A stretch of DNA of 64,000 nucleotides from contig OZ244207.1 in the NCBI GenBank assembly GCA_965216875.1, positions 6,752,001 to 6,816,000 on the forward strand. Reading direction: 5' to 3'. A program made the translations under genes and the position numbers. Source of the stretch: Rubripirellula sp. GTDB lineage: Bacteria; Planctomycetota; Planctomycetia; Pirellulales; Pirellulaceae. Positions 29,095 through 40,280 of this stretch are shown here, one piece after another (positions within the stretch are counted from its first letter, which is position 1; every line of letters begins with the position of its first letter). The notes beneath the pieces were generated by a model. It was not told the origin of the DNA. It ran no database searches and saw only the letters and a program-made list of their open reading frames with translations.

Positions 29095-31182
29095 TTAGGC
29101 AGCGAACGTTTCTTGCGATGGAAGTGTGTCGTTTGAAGGCCGGTTCGCCGCGAGCTCTTTTTCAGCAATCCGAGCAGTCGCCAAGCGGTCCATCCAACGC
29201 CCAAGCTGAGTTCTTGGGATTCGCACGGCCGCAACCGTGCGTGTTTCTGCCGATGCCTCGGTGTTTTTCTGACGCCGCGTTGCATTGTGCAGCACATGCG
29301 AGACGATTTGCATGATCTCGATGAGGTAGTCGCAGGCGCGGATGCATGCCAGTTCCGTGCGTGAATCACCGCCGCCGTAGATCGGCAAGCGACGACCCAG
29401 TTTGGCCGCTGCGTCACGGATCAAAAACATCGACAAGTCGGCGCGACAGGAGAACATTTGCATGGGAAAGGCAAGCGATCCAACCATGGGAAGCAAGCCT
29501 GTTACCAGTGCTTCGCGATGTGGCACATGGTGTCCTCGGGAACTCCAAAGACTCCAAAGTGTGACCAAGGTTCGCAGGGCTGGCGTGAACACCATCGGCA
29601 AGAGAAACCAAACGTTTCCACTGGCGATGAACGCTGCGATCCCACCCACTTTTGCAGGAAGGATCACCGGCGCGAGTGTTTTGAGTGCCAGATGCATCCC
29701 AAAGCCACGCGTGTAGGTGAGCACCTGTTTGCCGCACAATTCACTGCGAAGCGTCTCGGCATGTTCTTGGGACAGGCGTTGTTGTTGTTCCCACGAATCG
29801 ATGGCCGCAGTCACTCGTTGACCACCGAACCAGGCTTGATAACGAGGGCTCAAGCACAATAGGAAGGCATCGGTCGAAACGTCTTGCCGGTAACGACGAT
29901 CGGCGGCGAAGCGGTGCACCGACCGGGGCAGCACATAGCGCAGCAGGCGATGCATCGCCGCTTTCATTTCCGATAGGTTCGCATCCTCTGGGAGACGCCC
30001 TTCATCGACTAGACGCAGGTGTTGTTTTTCTTTCCATTTCCGTATTCGCTCGCGCCGCGCATTGCGGTCGGTGAGCAATCGACGAGCACTCACGCGTGCG
30101 TTTCGGTTGCCAATCAATCGAGACGACCAACGTCCGAGCACCCATGGTAAGAGACCAGCCCACCAAATCGCCCGCATTAGCAAGGGGCGATCTTTGAGGT
30201 TGGAGGCTGTTTCGTCGTCAACCACACCGGCCTGTTGCCAGCGACGGATCAACTCCGTCTTGTATCGCTCGCGTCCGGAACGTGTGAAGTGGCGCCACGG
30301 TTTTCGGAACAGCGCCCACTCCGATCCCTTCCAGTTCGCCGAGTGGTCGATCAGCGATTCGAGATCTGCACCGAGCTGTTGAGTCTGTTCGGGACCGATG
30401 CGGAAGGTCAGCAGCTTCTTGTTCTCGGTGTACCATCGCCGCAACTGGGCGGCATCCAAGTCATCAAAGGGTGGTAGGACGCCACGAACGAAACCGGACA
30501 GCAAGTATTTGGGCACCAATACGGCAGGAATACCAGATTCCAAATCGATCACGGTGTATCGATCACCTGTGCGAAGCAGGTTGGCCGTCGAAACCATCGC
30601 TCGTGGTGCAACTTGCCAGCCCGATCCAACCAGTCCGCAATCGGAAAGTGTTGTTTCCAACTTGCTCATCAAAGTGACGAGTTGATCGATTTCGGGCGTT
30701 GATTCTTGTGGAGACTTGGCCGTCGGTCGAAATTGGCTGCGGAGTCGAGATGCGTTGACAGGGGCGGGTTGAATGCCGCGACCATCGATCCACTCGGCGG
30801 CCAAAACCCACGCCGAATGCTCTTGGTCATAGCGCACATAGGTGGGCGACGCGATCGATGCATCGGTGTCGCTCGCCGCGAGGGCGGCGGCCGCGACACG
30901 TCGCCGGAAGAAACAGGTGGCAATCGCGTCAGCATTGGTCTGGTAGCCAAAGGGCGATTGAAACGAGAGACGGTAAATCAAACGTGTGAGGAGTCCGGGT
31001 GCGAACACCTTTTCCACACAGCGAACCACGCGTCCATCGCGAAAGTGTGCGTCGACCAACTGGGCTCGCGCAGCCCTCCCCTCGCCCAAAGTGCGAAGCA
31101 CCTGGACCGATTCGGGTGGAGATGGCAATACTCCGCCTTGGGCGCATGCCGGCTCCGAACGTGTCAACGAACTTTCTATCAT
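29095..31182 (-). CDS. hypothetical protein with protein-kinase-like N-terminus and C-terminal TM helices
   Basis: LGEGRAARA, VEKVF, EWIDG, TANLL, VIDLES; start uncertain (31182 or 31311). Confidence 0.7.
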   Translation of the reverse strand: MIESSLTRSEPACAQGGVLPSPPESVQVLRTLGEGRAARAQLVDAHFRDGRVVRCVEKVFAPGLLTRLIYRLSFQSPFGYQTNADAIATCFFRRRVAAAALAASDTDASIASPTYVRYDQEHSAWVLAAEWIDGRGIQPAPVNASRLRSQFRPTAKSPQESTPEIDQLVTLMSKLETTLSDCGLVGSGWQVAPRAMVSTANLLRTGDRYTVIDLESGIPAVLVPKYLLSGFVRGVLPPFDDLDAAQLRRWYTENKKLLTFRIGPEQTQQLGADLESLIDHSANWKGSEWALFRKPWRHFTRSGRERYKTELIRRWQQAGVVDDETASNLKDRPLLMRAIWWAGLLPWVLGRWSSRLIGNRNARVSARRLLTDRNARRERIRKWKEKQHLRLVDEGRLPEDANLSEMKAAMHRLLRYVLPRSVHRFAADRRYRQDVSTDAFLLCLSPRYQAWFGGQRVTAAIDSWEQQQRLSQEHAETLRSELCGKQVLTYTRGFGMHLALKTLAPVILPAKVGGIAAFIASGNVWFLLPMVFTPALRTLVTLWSLWSSRGHHVPHREALVTGLLPMVGSLAFPMQMFSCRADLSMFLIRDAAAKLGRRLPIYGGGDSRTELACIRACDYLIEIMQIVSHVLHNATRRQKNTEASAETRTVAAVRIPRTQLGRWMDRLATARIAEKELAANRPSNDTLPSQETFAA

Positions 31183-31332
31183 GAAGCGTGTTTGGGGAAC
31201 GGAGATTGCCGCTGATGGGCAGCCCTGGTTACGGGCGTAAACTAGGAAATCGTCGCCAATCCCAACAAGATGAATCGGGTCCAACAGGCTGGATCGGTCG
31301 ATCACACTCAAAATTCCGGCAGATAGGGCAAG

Positions 31333-33477
31333 ATGGGGGAAGCAGAAACAACCGTCACGCTAGCAACTCCGGTGCATTCGCTACCGGGAGTCGGGCTTGC
31401 GCGCGCCAAACGGCTTGCCAAGATTGGACTGCGCACCGCCCGCGACGTGCTGTTTCTTTTCCCACGCGATTACGAACGGCCTGCTCCGCCGACCAAAGTC
31501 GAGGAGCTAAAAGAGGGCGAGCCCGCCTCGTTGGTCGGAGCCATCGTCGAAGCAGAAACGGTTTCGCGGACGCCGGGCAAATCGATTTTTGGCGCCCTTG
31601 TCGAGACCGACAGCGGGCTGGTCCGCATCCTCTTTTTCAACCAGCCCTTTCGCGCCGAGCAATTGACGTACGATCGGCGCGTCGTCATCTCCGGCAAGCC
31701 GAAATTGAACGGACTGAGGATGGAATTTGTCCATCCCAAGGTGACCATCCTTGGTGATGAAGAAGAAGTTCCCGAGCCAAGGATGCTGCCCGTCTATGCA
31801 TTGACTGATGGCGTCAAGCAATCCGACATGCGAACCCTTGTCGCGGCAACGTTGGAACAGCTGGTAGGAACGCTTGATGAAGCGATGCCCGAAGCATTGA
31901 GGAACGAAGCGGGTGGAAGGTTGCAGTTGGGAGGCATGAAACTGACTGGCCCCCTTCCCGGCATCGAGCAGGCAATGCGAGGCTTGCATCAACCGACGAG
32001 CGACTCCGATCTGCTTGCGGCTCGGAGTCGGTTGGTCTTCCAAGAATTGTTCGTGATGCAACTTGCATTGGCGATGCGGCGGCGGGCATTAACCACCGAG
32101 TTACGAGCGCCGCCTCTTGAGCCCAATGCGATGATCAATGCACGGATCCTCAAGCGGTTTCCGTTTGAGTTGACAGCGGACCAGAAGAAGGCGATCGAAC
32201 AGATTGGTGCCGACATGTCCCGCCAGTTTCCGATGAATCGATTGCTGCAAGGGGATGTCGGTAGCGGAAAGACCGTGGTTGCGATCTATGCGATGATGTT
32301 GGCCGTCGCGGGTGGTCATCAAGCGGTGATGATGGCACCGACGGAAGTCCTTGCGCGGCAACATTACCAATCGTTGAGCGAAACGCTCGCCTCAAGTCGC
32401 GTTCGCGTTGGCCTGTTGTGTGGTTCGCTCTCTGCGGGCGAGCGCCGCGAGGTCATCGAAAAAACGGCCAGCGGTGAAATCGATTTGTTGGTTGGCACTC
32501 AAGCACTTGTTTACGGCACGCTTGAGTTTCACCGCCTCGGCTTGTGTGTGATCGATGAACAGCACAAGTTTGGAGTCAACCAACGTGTCGCACTTCGCAG
32601 CGGCGGTATCGACCCGCATTACTTGGTGATGTCGGCGACGCCCATTCCGCGATCGATCGCAATGACTGTCTTTGGTGATGTGGATCTCACGACGCTGCGG
32701 GACAAACCGCCAGGTCGCGGGAAGGTCAACACGTACCTTGCTCACGACGGCTGGAAGCAACGTTGGTGGAAATTCGTTCGCAGTCAGCTCGATGAAGGGC
32801 GTCAAGTCTTTGTGGTGGCACCGCGTGTTGCTTCCGAAGCGAGTGAGAATGACGACGATACGGAAGATATTTCGTCCGTGGAGTCTGTCTTCGAGCAACT
32901 TTGCAACGGACCACTTTCTGATTATCGAGTCGGTTTGTTGCACGGGAAGATGCCCAACGAGGCCAAGCAATCGATGATGGATTCGTTTGCCTCAGGAAAG
33001 CTGCAGGTGCTTGTCAGTACCACCGTGATCGAAGTCGGGATCAATGTTCCCAACGCTACGGTGATGACGATCTTGGGCGCTGAGCGTTTTGGTTTGGCGC
33101 AGCTGCACCAGCTTCGAGGGCGTGTTTCGCGGGGGAGTCACGCTGGACATGTCTGCGTGTTTACCGATGGCGAGCAACCACCGGAAGAGAACGAGCGGTT
33201 ACAGATATTCGAGCAATCAGACGATGGGTTCGACTTGGCTGAGGCCGATTTTCGCCACCGCGGTCCAGGCGACATCCTTGGCAAAAAGCAAAGCGGTTTG
33301 CCACCGATGCGAATCGCGAACCTCACCGAAGACCTTTCGATTTTGATGGTCGCGCGCGAAATGGCTCAAGAGATCATCGATGCCGATCCAGAGCTGAGCG
33401 ACCCGCAATACGCGGAATTGAAAGGACAAATGGTCCGCCGCTACGGTGCCCGGTTGAACCTTGGCGATGTCGCCTAG
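31333..33477 (+). CDS. recG: ATP-dependent DNA helicase RecG
   Basis: LLQGDVGSGKT, DEQHKFG, MSATPIPR, GLAQLHQLRGRV, RGPGD. Confidence 0.97.
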   Translation: MGEAETTVTLATPVHSLPGVGLARAKRLAKIGLRTARDVLFLFPRDYERPAPPTKVEELKEGEPASLVGAIVEAETVSRTPGKSIFGALVETDSGLVRILFFNQPFRAEQLTYDRRVVISGKPKLNGLRMEFVHPKVTILGDEEEVPEPRMLPVYALTDGVKQSDMRTLVAATLEQLVGTLDEAMPEALRNEAGGRLQLGGMKLTGPLPGIEQAMRGLHQPTSDSDLLAARSRLVFQELFVMQLALAMRRRALTTELRAPPLEPNAMINARILKRFPFELTADQKKAIEQIGADMSRQFPMNRLLQGDVGSGKTVVAIYAMMLAVAGGHQAVMMAPTEVLARQHYQSLSETLASSRVRVGLLCGSLSAGERREVIEKTASGEIDLLVGTQALVYGTLEFHRLGLCVIDEQHKFGVNQRVALRSGGIDPHYLVMSATPIPRSIAMTVFGDVDLTTLRDKPPGRGKVNTYLAHDGWKQRWWKFVRSQLDEGRQVFVVAPRVASEASENDDDTEDISSVESVFEQLCNGPLSDYRVGLLHGKMPNEAKQSMMDSFASGKLQVLVSTTVIEVGINVPNATVMTILGAERFGLAQLHQLRGRVSRGSHAGHVCVFTDGEQPPEENERLQIFEQSDDGFDLAEADFRHRGPGDILGKKQSGLPPMRIANLTEDLSILMVAREMAQEIIDADPELSDPQYAELKGQMVRRYGARLNLGDVA

Positions 33478-33497
33478 TCGCGCGGGACGATTTCGGC

Positions 33498-33710
33498 GGG
33501 AGGGCGACGCTCCTGCGGAGCCGTGCGCAGTTCGGCAGGAGCCTCACCCTCCCGATCCGATGGGCGCAGTTCGGCAGGAGCCTCACCCTCCTTGGCGACG
33601 TTGCCTAGTCTTTCTTGAGGGTGCCGAAACGTCGTAGCTACCTTCGCCAGAAGGTGGACCGCTCCGGCAATCCGCTCTCCACCACCCCACGCTCTGGCGA
33701 GCGTAGCTTC
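33498..33710. repeat. BIME-like REP cluster (families C and D)
   Basis: gggagggcgacgctcctgcggagcc, two inverted ttcggcaggagcctcaccctcc, then the pair gtagctaccttcgccagaaggtgg / ccacgctctggcgagcgtagc. Confidence 0.85.
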
Positions 33711-33828
33711 GGGTGATTTCGCCCCGCCTTCTTCAGTTTGGCTTCTGCGATTACGTTGTTGACGCGTTTTGCCCAGGTTTTCGACCAAGATTCCCCAAGT
33801 CCCGTTGGACGTATTTCACAGAAGCATC

Positions 33829-34821
33829 ATGGCTAGTTTTGACGTATTTGGCGTTGGTAATGCACTTGTTGACATTCAAGCCCGAGTCGACGACTCGGTA
33901 TTGACGCAGCTCGATTTCGAGAAAGGCATCATGACGCTGGTCGACAACGATCGCCAGGCATCGGTGATTGGAAAGCTCGATGGACACTCGCTCAACCGAT
34001 GTGCTGGTGGCTCGGCCGCGAACACCATTGTCGCACTCGCCGATTTTGGAGGCTCGGCCGCATTCGTCGGCAAGGTTGGCAGCGACGAAGTGGGCAACTT
34101 CTTTCTGCAAGACATGCGTGAACTCGGTATCTCGATCAACGTTGCCCCTACGGCGACCGCGCCGACGGGAACGTGCGCTGTGCTGATCACCGAAGACGCA
34201 CAACGGACGATGCTGACCAACCTGGGCGCATCGGCAACCTTGACCGAAGACGACATTGACGAAGAAGTCATTCGCCAGGCCAAGTACGTCTACGTCGAAG
34301 GCTACTTGCTGACGGGTGAAACAACGAAAGCGGCTGCCTATCGAGCGATGGCGCTGGCCAAAAGCAACGGCGTGAAAGTTGCTTTCACCGCATCGGATCC
34401 CTTTTTGGTCAATATGATTCGCGATGAGATCTGGGAACTGATCACCGGTCCGGTTGACCTCTTCTTCTGTAATGAGCAGGAAGCTCAAAGCTTGACAGGT
34501 GAAACCGATCCGATCGCCTGTGCCGCAAAGATCCACGACCACGCCGAAAACGTTGCGTTGACCCTCGGTGATAAAGGATCGATCGTCATGCACGGTGGCG
34601 AATCGTTTCCGATCGAAGGCGTGCCGATCAAAGCGATCGATACGACGGGAGCTGGCGACATGTATGCCGGCGCATTGCTTTACGGCATCACCAACGGCAT
34701 GGACTGGCGCCAAGCTGGCCACCTTGCGTCGCACGCCGCATCGCGCATCGTCGAACAAATGGGTGCACGGCTCGAACGCAAGTTCACCGACGACGAGATC
34801 AAACAGCTTGGCGAAATGTAA
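33829..34821 (+). CDS. PfkB family carbohydrate/adenosine kinase
   Basis: GNALVD, GGSAANT, QRTM, DTTGAGD. Confidence 0.92.
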   Translation: MASFDVFGVGNALVDIQARVDDSVLTQLDFEKGIMTLVDNDRQASVIGKLDGHSLNRCAGGSAANTIVALADFGGSAAFVGKVGSDEVGNFFLQDMRELGISINVAPTATAPTGTCAVLITEDAQRTMLTNLGASATLTEDDIDEEVIRQAKYVYVEGYLLTGETTKAAAYRAMALAKSNGVKVAFTASDPFLVNMIRDEIWELITGPVDLFFCNEQEAQSLTGETDPIACAAKIHDHAENVALTLGDKGSIVMHGGESFPIEGVPIKAIDTTGAGDMYAGALLYGITNGMDWRQAGHLASHAASRIVEQMGARLERKFTDDEIKQLGEM

Positions 34822-34842
34822 TCGGGAGCGCGACGGCGCAAT

Positions 34843-34900
34843 GGGAGGGCGACGCTCCTGCGGAGCTGCGCGCACGGTTCGGCGGGAGCCTCACGCTCCC
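34843..34900. repeat. REP inverted doublet (family C)
   Basis: gggagggcgacgctcctgcggagc...ttcggcgggagcctcacgctccc, the same unit as at 33498. Confidence 0.85.
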
Positions 34901-34914
34901 ACGAGCGTCGCTAC

Positions 34915-34963
34915 AAAAAAAATGTGGGACGGTCGACTTGGTGCCGGGTGTCGACCGTCCCAC
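34915..34963 (-). terminator. intrinsic terminator-like hairpin
   Basis: 14-bp perfect stem gtgggacggtcgac/gtcgaccgtcccac with an A8 tract on the left, which reads as a U-tract on the minus strand; between convergent genes. Confidence 0.7.
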
Positions 34964-35057
34964 TGACGCGGATGGCCCCACCCGCGCACGTCGCTTTCAA
35001 TTCGGTTTAGGGATGCATCCCCCAATGCATTCCCTGCATTCGGTTGGCGTTGACTTC

Positions 35058-35378
35058 TTAGAAGCCGAAGTGCAACGAAACACCACCTCGGCTCACGCCG
35101 ATGGAATTGCCCCGACCGTAGTAAGGGACTCCGCCGTAGTAGCCGCCATACCGCGAGCGGTAAAGCGATCCATGATGGTGATGATGGATGTGTCCGTAGT
35201 CGCGATAGGGCGAGTAGCGGTATGCGCGATGCGGCACGTAACTGGGGTAGCGAACCGGAGCGCCGTAAGCGCGGTACGAACGGCTCGAGATGCAGTAGTC
35301 CGCGGAAGCTTGATCAGCAACCACAGCCGAACCGGCCAAAACGACGGCCACGGCAAGAAGCTTTTTGAGACTTGGCAT
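35058..35378 (-). CDS. small secreted Tyr/Gly/Arg/His-rich protein
   Basis: signal peptide ending ASA; low-complexity YG/RY body, HHHHH run, C-terminal VSLHFGF. Confidence 0.8.
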   Translation of the reverse strand: MPSLKKLLAVAVVLAGSAVVADQASADYCISSRSYRAYGAPVRYPSYVPHRAYRYSPYRDYGHIHHHHHGSLYRSRYGGYYGGVPYYGRGNSIGVSRGGVSLHFGF

Positions 35379-35630
35379 TGGTGAATCCTGGTCTGGAGTC
35401 TTGATCGCCCGAAGCGATTCTTTGGGGGAAGGGCCAGCTGCCCACGGCTCTAGCAAGATGCACGTGCCAGACCAAAACGCTAAAAAGAGACTGCGTATTG
35501 CAGTAAGTCGTGCAATAGAAACGGTTTAAGGAAAATCAGGCCGTTTTCAGGCGAGAGCGGAGTGTCGTCGATGTGACGTCAGTGCTGTGGCAGATAGGAT
35601 GACACTGAGCCGCGTGGGTTGCGTGGGTTG

Positions 35631-35752
35631 CGTTCCAGCAATCACCCTCCCGCTTGCGGGAGGGTCGGGCGCTAAAGCCCGGGGAGGGAGTGATCGTTGC
35701 AAAAACAGACCCTCTCCGGGCCTTAGAGCCCGACTCTCCCAAAGGAGAGTGT
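35631..35752 (+). repeat. family A element, copy 2
   Basis: ccctcccgcttgcgggaggg...gggccttagagcccgactctcccaaaggagag. Confidence 0.9.
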
Positions 35753-35777
35753 TAGCGGCGCATTTGCAACCTTTGCC

Positions 35778-37691
35778 CTAGACGTCGATCGCTTCGGCTT
35801 CTTCGGCCCTATCCATAATGAACCGAAAACGAGCCGAAGCGTCACGCCCCATCAAGTCACTGATCACTCGATCGGTTTCGAGTTGGTCATCGATATCGAC
35901 TCGATGCAGCGTTCGGGTTTCGGGATTCAGAGTGGTTTCCCAGAGTGTCTTCGGCATCATCTCGCCGAGACCTTTAAAGCGAGTGATCTCGGGCTTGGCT
36001 CGTTTGGCATGCGCTTCGAGGATTTCTTCCCGCGCCTCTTCGTCTTTCGCCCAGTAGGTCTCTTTGCCGATGTCGATTCGATAAAGAGGCGGAACGGCGA
36101 TGTACAACTTGCCGGCCGAAATCAAACCGGGCATGTGTCGATAAAAGAACGTCAGCAAGAGTGTTGTGATGTGGTGACCATCCGAATCGGCATCGGCAAG
36201 CAGGATGACACGTTCGTAGCGAAGGTTGGCAAGACTGATGCTTGGTCCGATGCCACAACCGAGCGCCGACACCATGTCTTGGATCTCTTTGTTCTCGAGA
36301 ACCTTTTTTAGCGTTGCGCTTTCGGTGTTAAGGACCTTACCGCGCAGTGGCAAGATCGCTTGGTAGTTTCGATCGCGACCTTGTTTCGCACTCCCACCGG
36401 CCGAGTCACCTTCGACGATGAAGATCTCCGAATCGCCTTTGCCACTGGCGACACAGTCGCTCAGTTTGCCTGGCAGCATCGTTCGTTTGGAGCCACCTTT
36501 GCGCGAGACGGCTTCGGAAGCGGCTCGGGAAGCGGCGCGAGCACGAGCAGCCGCGATGATCCGCGCGATCACCGCGTCGGCAATGCTGCGGTTTTCGTTC
36601 ATCCATTGTTCCAACAGAGGACGAACGGCGCTTTCAACCACGGGTTGGACTTCGGGATTATTAAGACGGTCTTTGGTTTGACCTTGGAACTGCGGTTCGG
36701 CAACAAACACGGAGACGATGGCCACGAGGCCTTCGCGAATGTCTTCGTGCGTGATCTTGACGCCGCGCGGTGTCAAGTTGTGCGTGTCGATGTAGTTGCG
36801 GACTGCTTTGTTGAGTCCACTGCGGAAACCGTTTTCGTGAGTACCACCGCTGCCGGTGGGAATGCCGTTGACGTAGCTGCGAACATGCTCATCGGTCGAT
36901 TCGGTCCACTGAAGCGTCAGTTCCATTCGCAAGTCATCGTCTTTGCGGATGGTAAACGGGGCTTCGTGGATCGGTCGCGCCTTACGTTCCTTCATCACCT
37001 TTTTCAGGTAATCGACGATGCCGTCTTCATGCAGGAACGTCTCTTTGGTTTTCGCGGTTTCGTCGACAAAGGTGACCTTCAGCCCGCGGTGCAAAAAGCT
37101 GGCGGTTTCCAGCCGGTGACGGATGATGGCGCTGTCAAAGTCGGTCTTCGGAAAGATCGTTGGGTCGGGCGTGAAGGTGATCGTTGTGCCCGTTCCCCGA
37201 ACTGCGCCCTTGAGTTTTTGCAGTTTCGACTTGGCGACACCGCGGGCGAAGACCATTCGGAATTGCGATCCACCGCGACGTACGACGGCGGTCAATTCCT
37301 TTGAAAGCGCGTTGACGACCGATGCCCCGACGCCGTGCAGTCCGCCTGAGGTCTTGTAGTTTTCACCGTCAAATTTGCCGCCGGCATGCAGAATGGTTAG
37401 CACCATTTCGAGTGCTGGCTTTTTCGTCTTGGGATGTTTGTCGACGGGAATTCCGCGCCCGTTGTCGGCAACCGTTACCGTGCGTCCGTCTTTGTGGAGT
37501 GTCACGGTGATTTCGGAAGCATGGCCGTTCATCGCCTCGTCAACCGAGTTGTCGACGACTTCCCAAATCAAGTGGTGCAGACCTGCCGTGCCGACGCCAC
37601 CGATGTACATGCCGGGGCGTTTGCGTACCGGTTCAAGACCTTCGAGGGCGACAATGTCTTTTGCGTTGTAAGCTTTGGTTGCTGTGCTCAT
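35778..37691 (-). CDS. parE: type IIA topoisomerase subunit B (ParE-like)
   Basis: VRKRPGMYIG, EVVDNSVDE, GGLHGVG, EGDSAGG, PLRGK, DADSDG; assignment to parE rather than gyrB is inferred. Confidence 0.8.
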   Translation of the reverse strand: MSTATKAYNAKDIVALEGLEPVRKRPGMYIGGVGTAGLHHLIWEVVDNSVDEAMNGHASEITVTLHKDGRTVTVADNGRGIPVDKHPKTKKPALEMVLTILHAGGKFDGENYKTSGGLHGVGASVVNALSKELTAVVRRGGSQFRMVFARGVAKSKLQKLKGAVRGTGTTITFTPDPTIFPKTDFDSAIIRHRLETASFLHRGLKVTFVDETAKTKETFLHEDGIVDYLKKVMKERKARPIHEAPFTIRKDDDLRMELTLQWTESTDEHVRSYVNGIPTGSGGTHENGFRSGLNKAVRNYIDTHNLTPRGVKITHEDIREGLVAIVSVFVAEPQFQGQTKDRLNNPEVQPVVESAVRPLLEQWMNENRSIADAVIARIIAAARARAASRAASEAVSRKGGSKRTMLPGKLSDCVASGKGDSEIFIVEGDSAGGSAKQGRDRNYQAILPLRGKVLNTESATLKKVLENKEIQDMVSALGCGIGPSISLANLRYERVILLADADSDGHHITTLLLTFFYRHMPGLISAGKLYIAVPPLYRIDIGKETYWAKDEEAREEILEAHAKRAKPEITRFKGLGEMMPKTLWETTLNPETRTLHRVDIDDQLETDRVISDLMGRDASARFRFIMDRAEEAEAIDV

Positions 37692-37778
37692 AAAACTAAC
37701 TTCGTGCAACGTTGCAGGTTGGCCGGCGAGTTCCTTTTCGACTCTTGGGCTCTCGTTTCACTTTGGCGTGAAACGAAC

Positions 37779-40280
37779 CTACTTGGCTTCCTCGAACGGT
37801 TGGGGGGCTTCAATTGGTGGCAGGATGATCTCGGCGATCTTGCCATTCTTTTGAATCTCGTTTCCTCGACCGCCACGCGAAGTGACGCGGTACTTGGCAG
37901 TCGAAATGGTCTTCTTGGCACCTCGATTGGTCTTCACGGTCAACAGATCGCGATCGCCGGTCGAAGCCTTGAAGCCGAGCAATCGGTCGTTGCCGGTCAA
38001 ACGAATCAGGGTCACGCCTTTGCCGGGACCGGAGAGATAGTTGATCTCTTCGGCCGAACAAATCATGGCGCGACAATCGGCACTGACCGACAGAATCACT
38101 TCGTGACCAGCGATGGAAGCAACGTCAATGATCGAGGCGTCTCCCGTGACTCGAGCGAATCGGCGTCCCGTTCGCGTGGACGGTTCGACGAACGATTCGA
38201 GCCCAAAGCGGAGGGCAAAGCCGCTGGATGACGCCGCCAATCCATGTGTCTCGGGGCACAGGTCGGGGTTCTTGGGGTCTTCTTTGACATCACCGATGAC
38301 ACGTGGGTCAAACGACATCACCGAAACGATGCGTTCGCCATCTTTCATTTTGAAGAGCTTCTGGATCGGCTCGCCAAATCCGGTGGATGCGGGGATGTCG
38401 ATCATGCGCGCGGTGTAGCAGACTCCCAATGAGGAGAAGAAGCCGATCGTTTCACGCGTGCTTCCAGCAACCACCGCGAGCACACTGTCGCCTTGACGAA
38501 CACGACTCTTTCCAGGATCGGCAATTTGCTTCTGTCGCTTGACCCAACCATCCTTGGTGACAAGCACATGGCAATCTTCGGCAAGGATAAAGTCTTCAGC
38601 GGTGTATTCGACCTCTTCTTCGACTGTGTTGATCAGCGTACGGCGTTTCCCTTCGGGTTTTTTGCCGTAGTCGTTGATCAGTCCTTCGATTTCCTGGCGA
38701 ACGATTTGCCAACGTCCTGAGGCGTTGGTGTCTTTTGTGTCTTCGGCGAGTAGCTTCTTGATTTGCCGAGCACGTTTGCGTTTGTCCTTGAGTTCGTCCA
38801 GGATCAAGTTGATCTCAAGACGGGCAAGCCGGTACAGCTTGAGTTCAAGGATGGCGTCGGTCTGTTCTTCATCAAGTCCACCACCCCGACCGTCGGCTGG
38901 AAACTTTTTCATGATCTTCGCAGCCGCGTCCGCTTTCCCGTCGCTCTTGCGAATGATGCGAATGATCTGATCGAGCGCGTCAAAGATCAACGCAAACCCG
39001 TCAAGGATGTGAATGCGTTTTTCCAGCGAGTTGAGTTCGTTCTCCAGACGCCGTGTGATGACGTCCAGCCGGAAGTGCAGAAAGTGCCAAAGCATTTCCT
39101 TCAAGGACATCCGATTGGGCGTGCCGATCTCGGGGTTTTCGGTCGGCTCGAGGCAGGTCAAGTTGACGTTGAAATTGTTTTGCAGCTGCGTGTGTTTGTA
39201 GAGGTAGGCGAGTACCTTGTCTTCGTCGGCACCTTTTTTCAGCAGCAGGTCGACGCGAATCTCATCCGTGGAAAGGTCACGCACTTCGACGACTTGGGGG
39301 AGTTTGCCGCTAAAGACAATCTCGCTCATCCGTTCGACCATCGCCGATTTGTTGACGCCGAACGGAATCGAAGTGATCTGCAGCGTTTTATTGCTGCCTT
39401 TGGTGATCGACTTGGTCGTACCGCGTAGCTTGATCGTCCCCTGGCCAGTGGAATAGATCTCGCGCAACTCTTCTTTGGTGTTGATCACCTGGCCCCCGGT
39501 TGGGAAGTCGGGGCCTTGCACAGCGTCGTTGGCGACGAGTTGATAGTTCTTGATCTCGGGGTCGCGGAGAAGTTTCAGCAGGGCGCTGCAAACTTCGCGT
39601 AAGTTATGTGGCGGGATGTTTGTCGCCATTCCCACCGCGATGCCTGTCGCCCCGTTGACCAACAGGTTGGGCATCCGGCTTGGCAGGACAACGGGTTCTT
39701 CGCGGCTGCCGTCATAGTTCGGTTTGAATGCGACGGTGCGCGTGGCAAGGTCGGCAAGGACTTCGTTGGCCACCGGTGTCATTCGACATTCGGTGTAACG
39801 CATTGCAGCCGCGTTGTCGCCGTCGACGCTGCCAAAGTTTCCACTGCCATCGACAAGAGGCATGCGCAAACTAAATGGCTGGGCCATGCGCACCAGCGCG
39901 TCGTAAATGGAACTGTCGCCGTGCGGGTGATAGTTACCCATCACGTCACCGACCACCTTGGCGCACTTGCGGTGTTTGGCGGTCGTGGTGAGGCCTTGTT
40001 GGCCCATGGTGTAGAGGATTCGGCGCTGAACGGGCTTGAGGCCGTCGCGGACATCGGGCAGTGCGCGACTGGTGATCACCGACAGTGAGTAGTTGAGGTA
40101 CTTCTCTTGCGCGGCCTGACGCAGAGGCACCCCTCGAAGTAGGGTGTCTTCGACGTTATCGAAAAGCGATCCGTTGCTGTCGGCACCTTTCTTGGTCGAC
40201 CGTTTGCTGGGTCGCTTCGAAGTTGCCTTGCTTCGCGAGGCCGTTTTGCCCTTGGTCGGTCGTGCGCGGCGTTTAGCCAT
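37779..40280 (-). CDS. parC: type IIA topoisomerase subunit A (ParC-like)
   Basis: [29 protein letters not shown]; no canonical GyrA-box at the start of the CTD. Confidence 0.8.
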   Translation of the reverse strand: MAKRRARPTKGKTASRSKATSKRPSKRSTKKGADSNGSLFDNVEDTLLRGVPLRQAAQEKYLNYSLSVITSRALPDVRDGLKPVQRRILYTMGQQGLTTTAKHRKCAKVVGDVMGNYHPHGDSSIYDALVRMAQPFSLRMPLVDGSGNFGSVDGDNAAAMRYTECRMTPVANEVLADLATRTVAFKPNYDGSREEPVVLPSRMPNLLVNGATGIAVGMATNIPPHNLREVCSALLKLLRDPEIKNYQLVANDAVQGPDFPTGGQVINTKEELREIYSTGQGTIKLRGTTKSITKGSNKTLQITSIPFGVNKSAMVERMSEIVFSGKLPQVVEVRDLSTDEIRVDLLLKKGADEDKVLAYLYKHTQLQNNFNVNLTCLEPTENPEIGTPNRMSLKEMLWHFLHFRLDVITRRLENELNSLEKRIHILDGFALIFDALDQIIRIIRKSDGKADAAAKIMKKFPADGRGGGLDEEQTDAILELKLYRLARLEINLILDELKDKRKRARQIKKLLAEDTKDTNASGRWQIVRQEIEGLINDYGKKPEGKRRTLINTVEEEVEYTAEDFILAEDCHVLVTKDGWVKRQKQIADPGKSRVRQGDSVLAVVAGSTRETIGFFSSLGVCYTARMIDIPASTGFGEPIQKLFKMKDGERIVSVMSFDPRVIGDVKEDPKNPDLCPETHGLAASSSGFALRFGLESFVEPSTRTGRRFARVTGDASIIDVASIAGHEVILSVSADCRAMICSAEEINYLSGPGKGVTLIRLTGNDRLLGFKASTGDRDLLTVKTNRGAKKTISTAKYRVTSRGGRGNEIQKNGKIAEIILPPIEAPQPFEEAK

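Noticed and set aside
35452..35469. Sigma-54-like site on the minus strand (TGGCACGTGCATCTTGCT) upstream of the 35378 gene
   Set aside because: GG-to-GC spacing is 12 nt rather than the required 10
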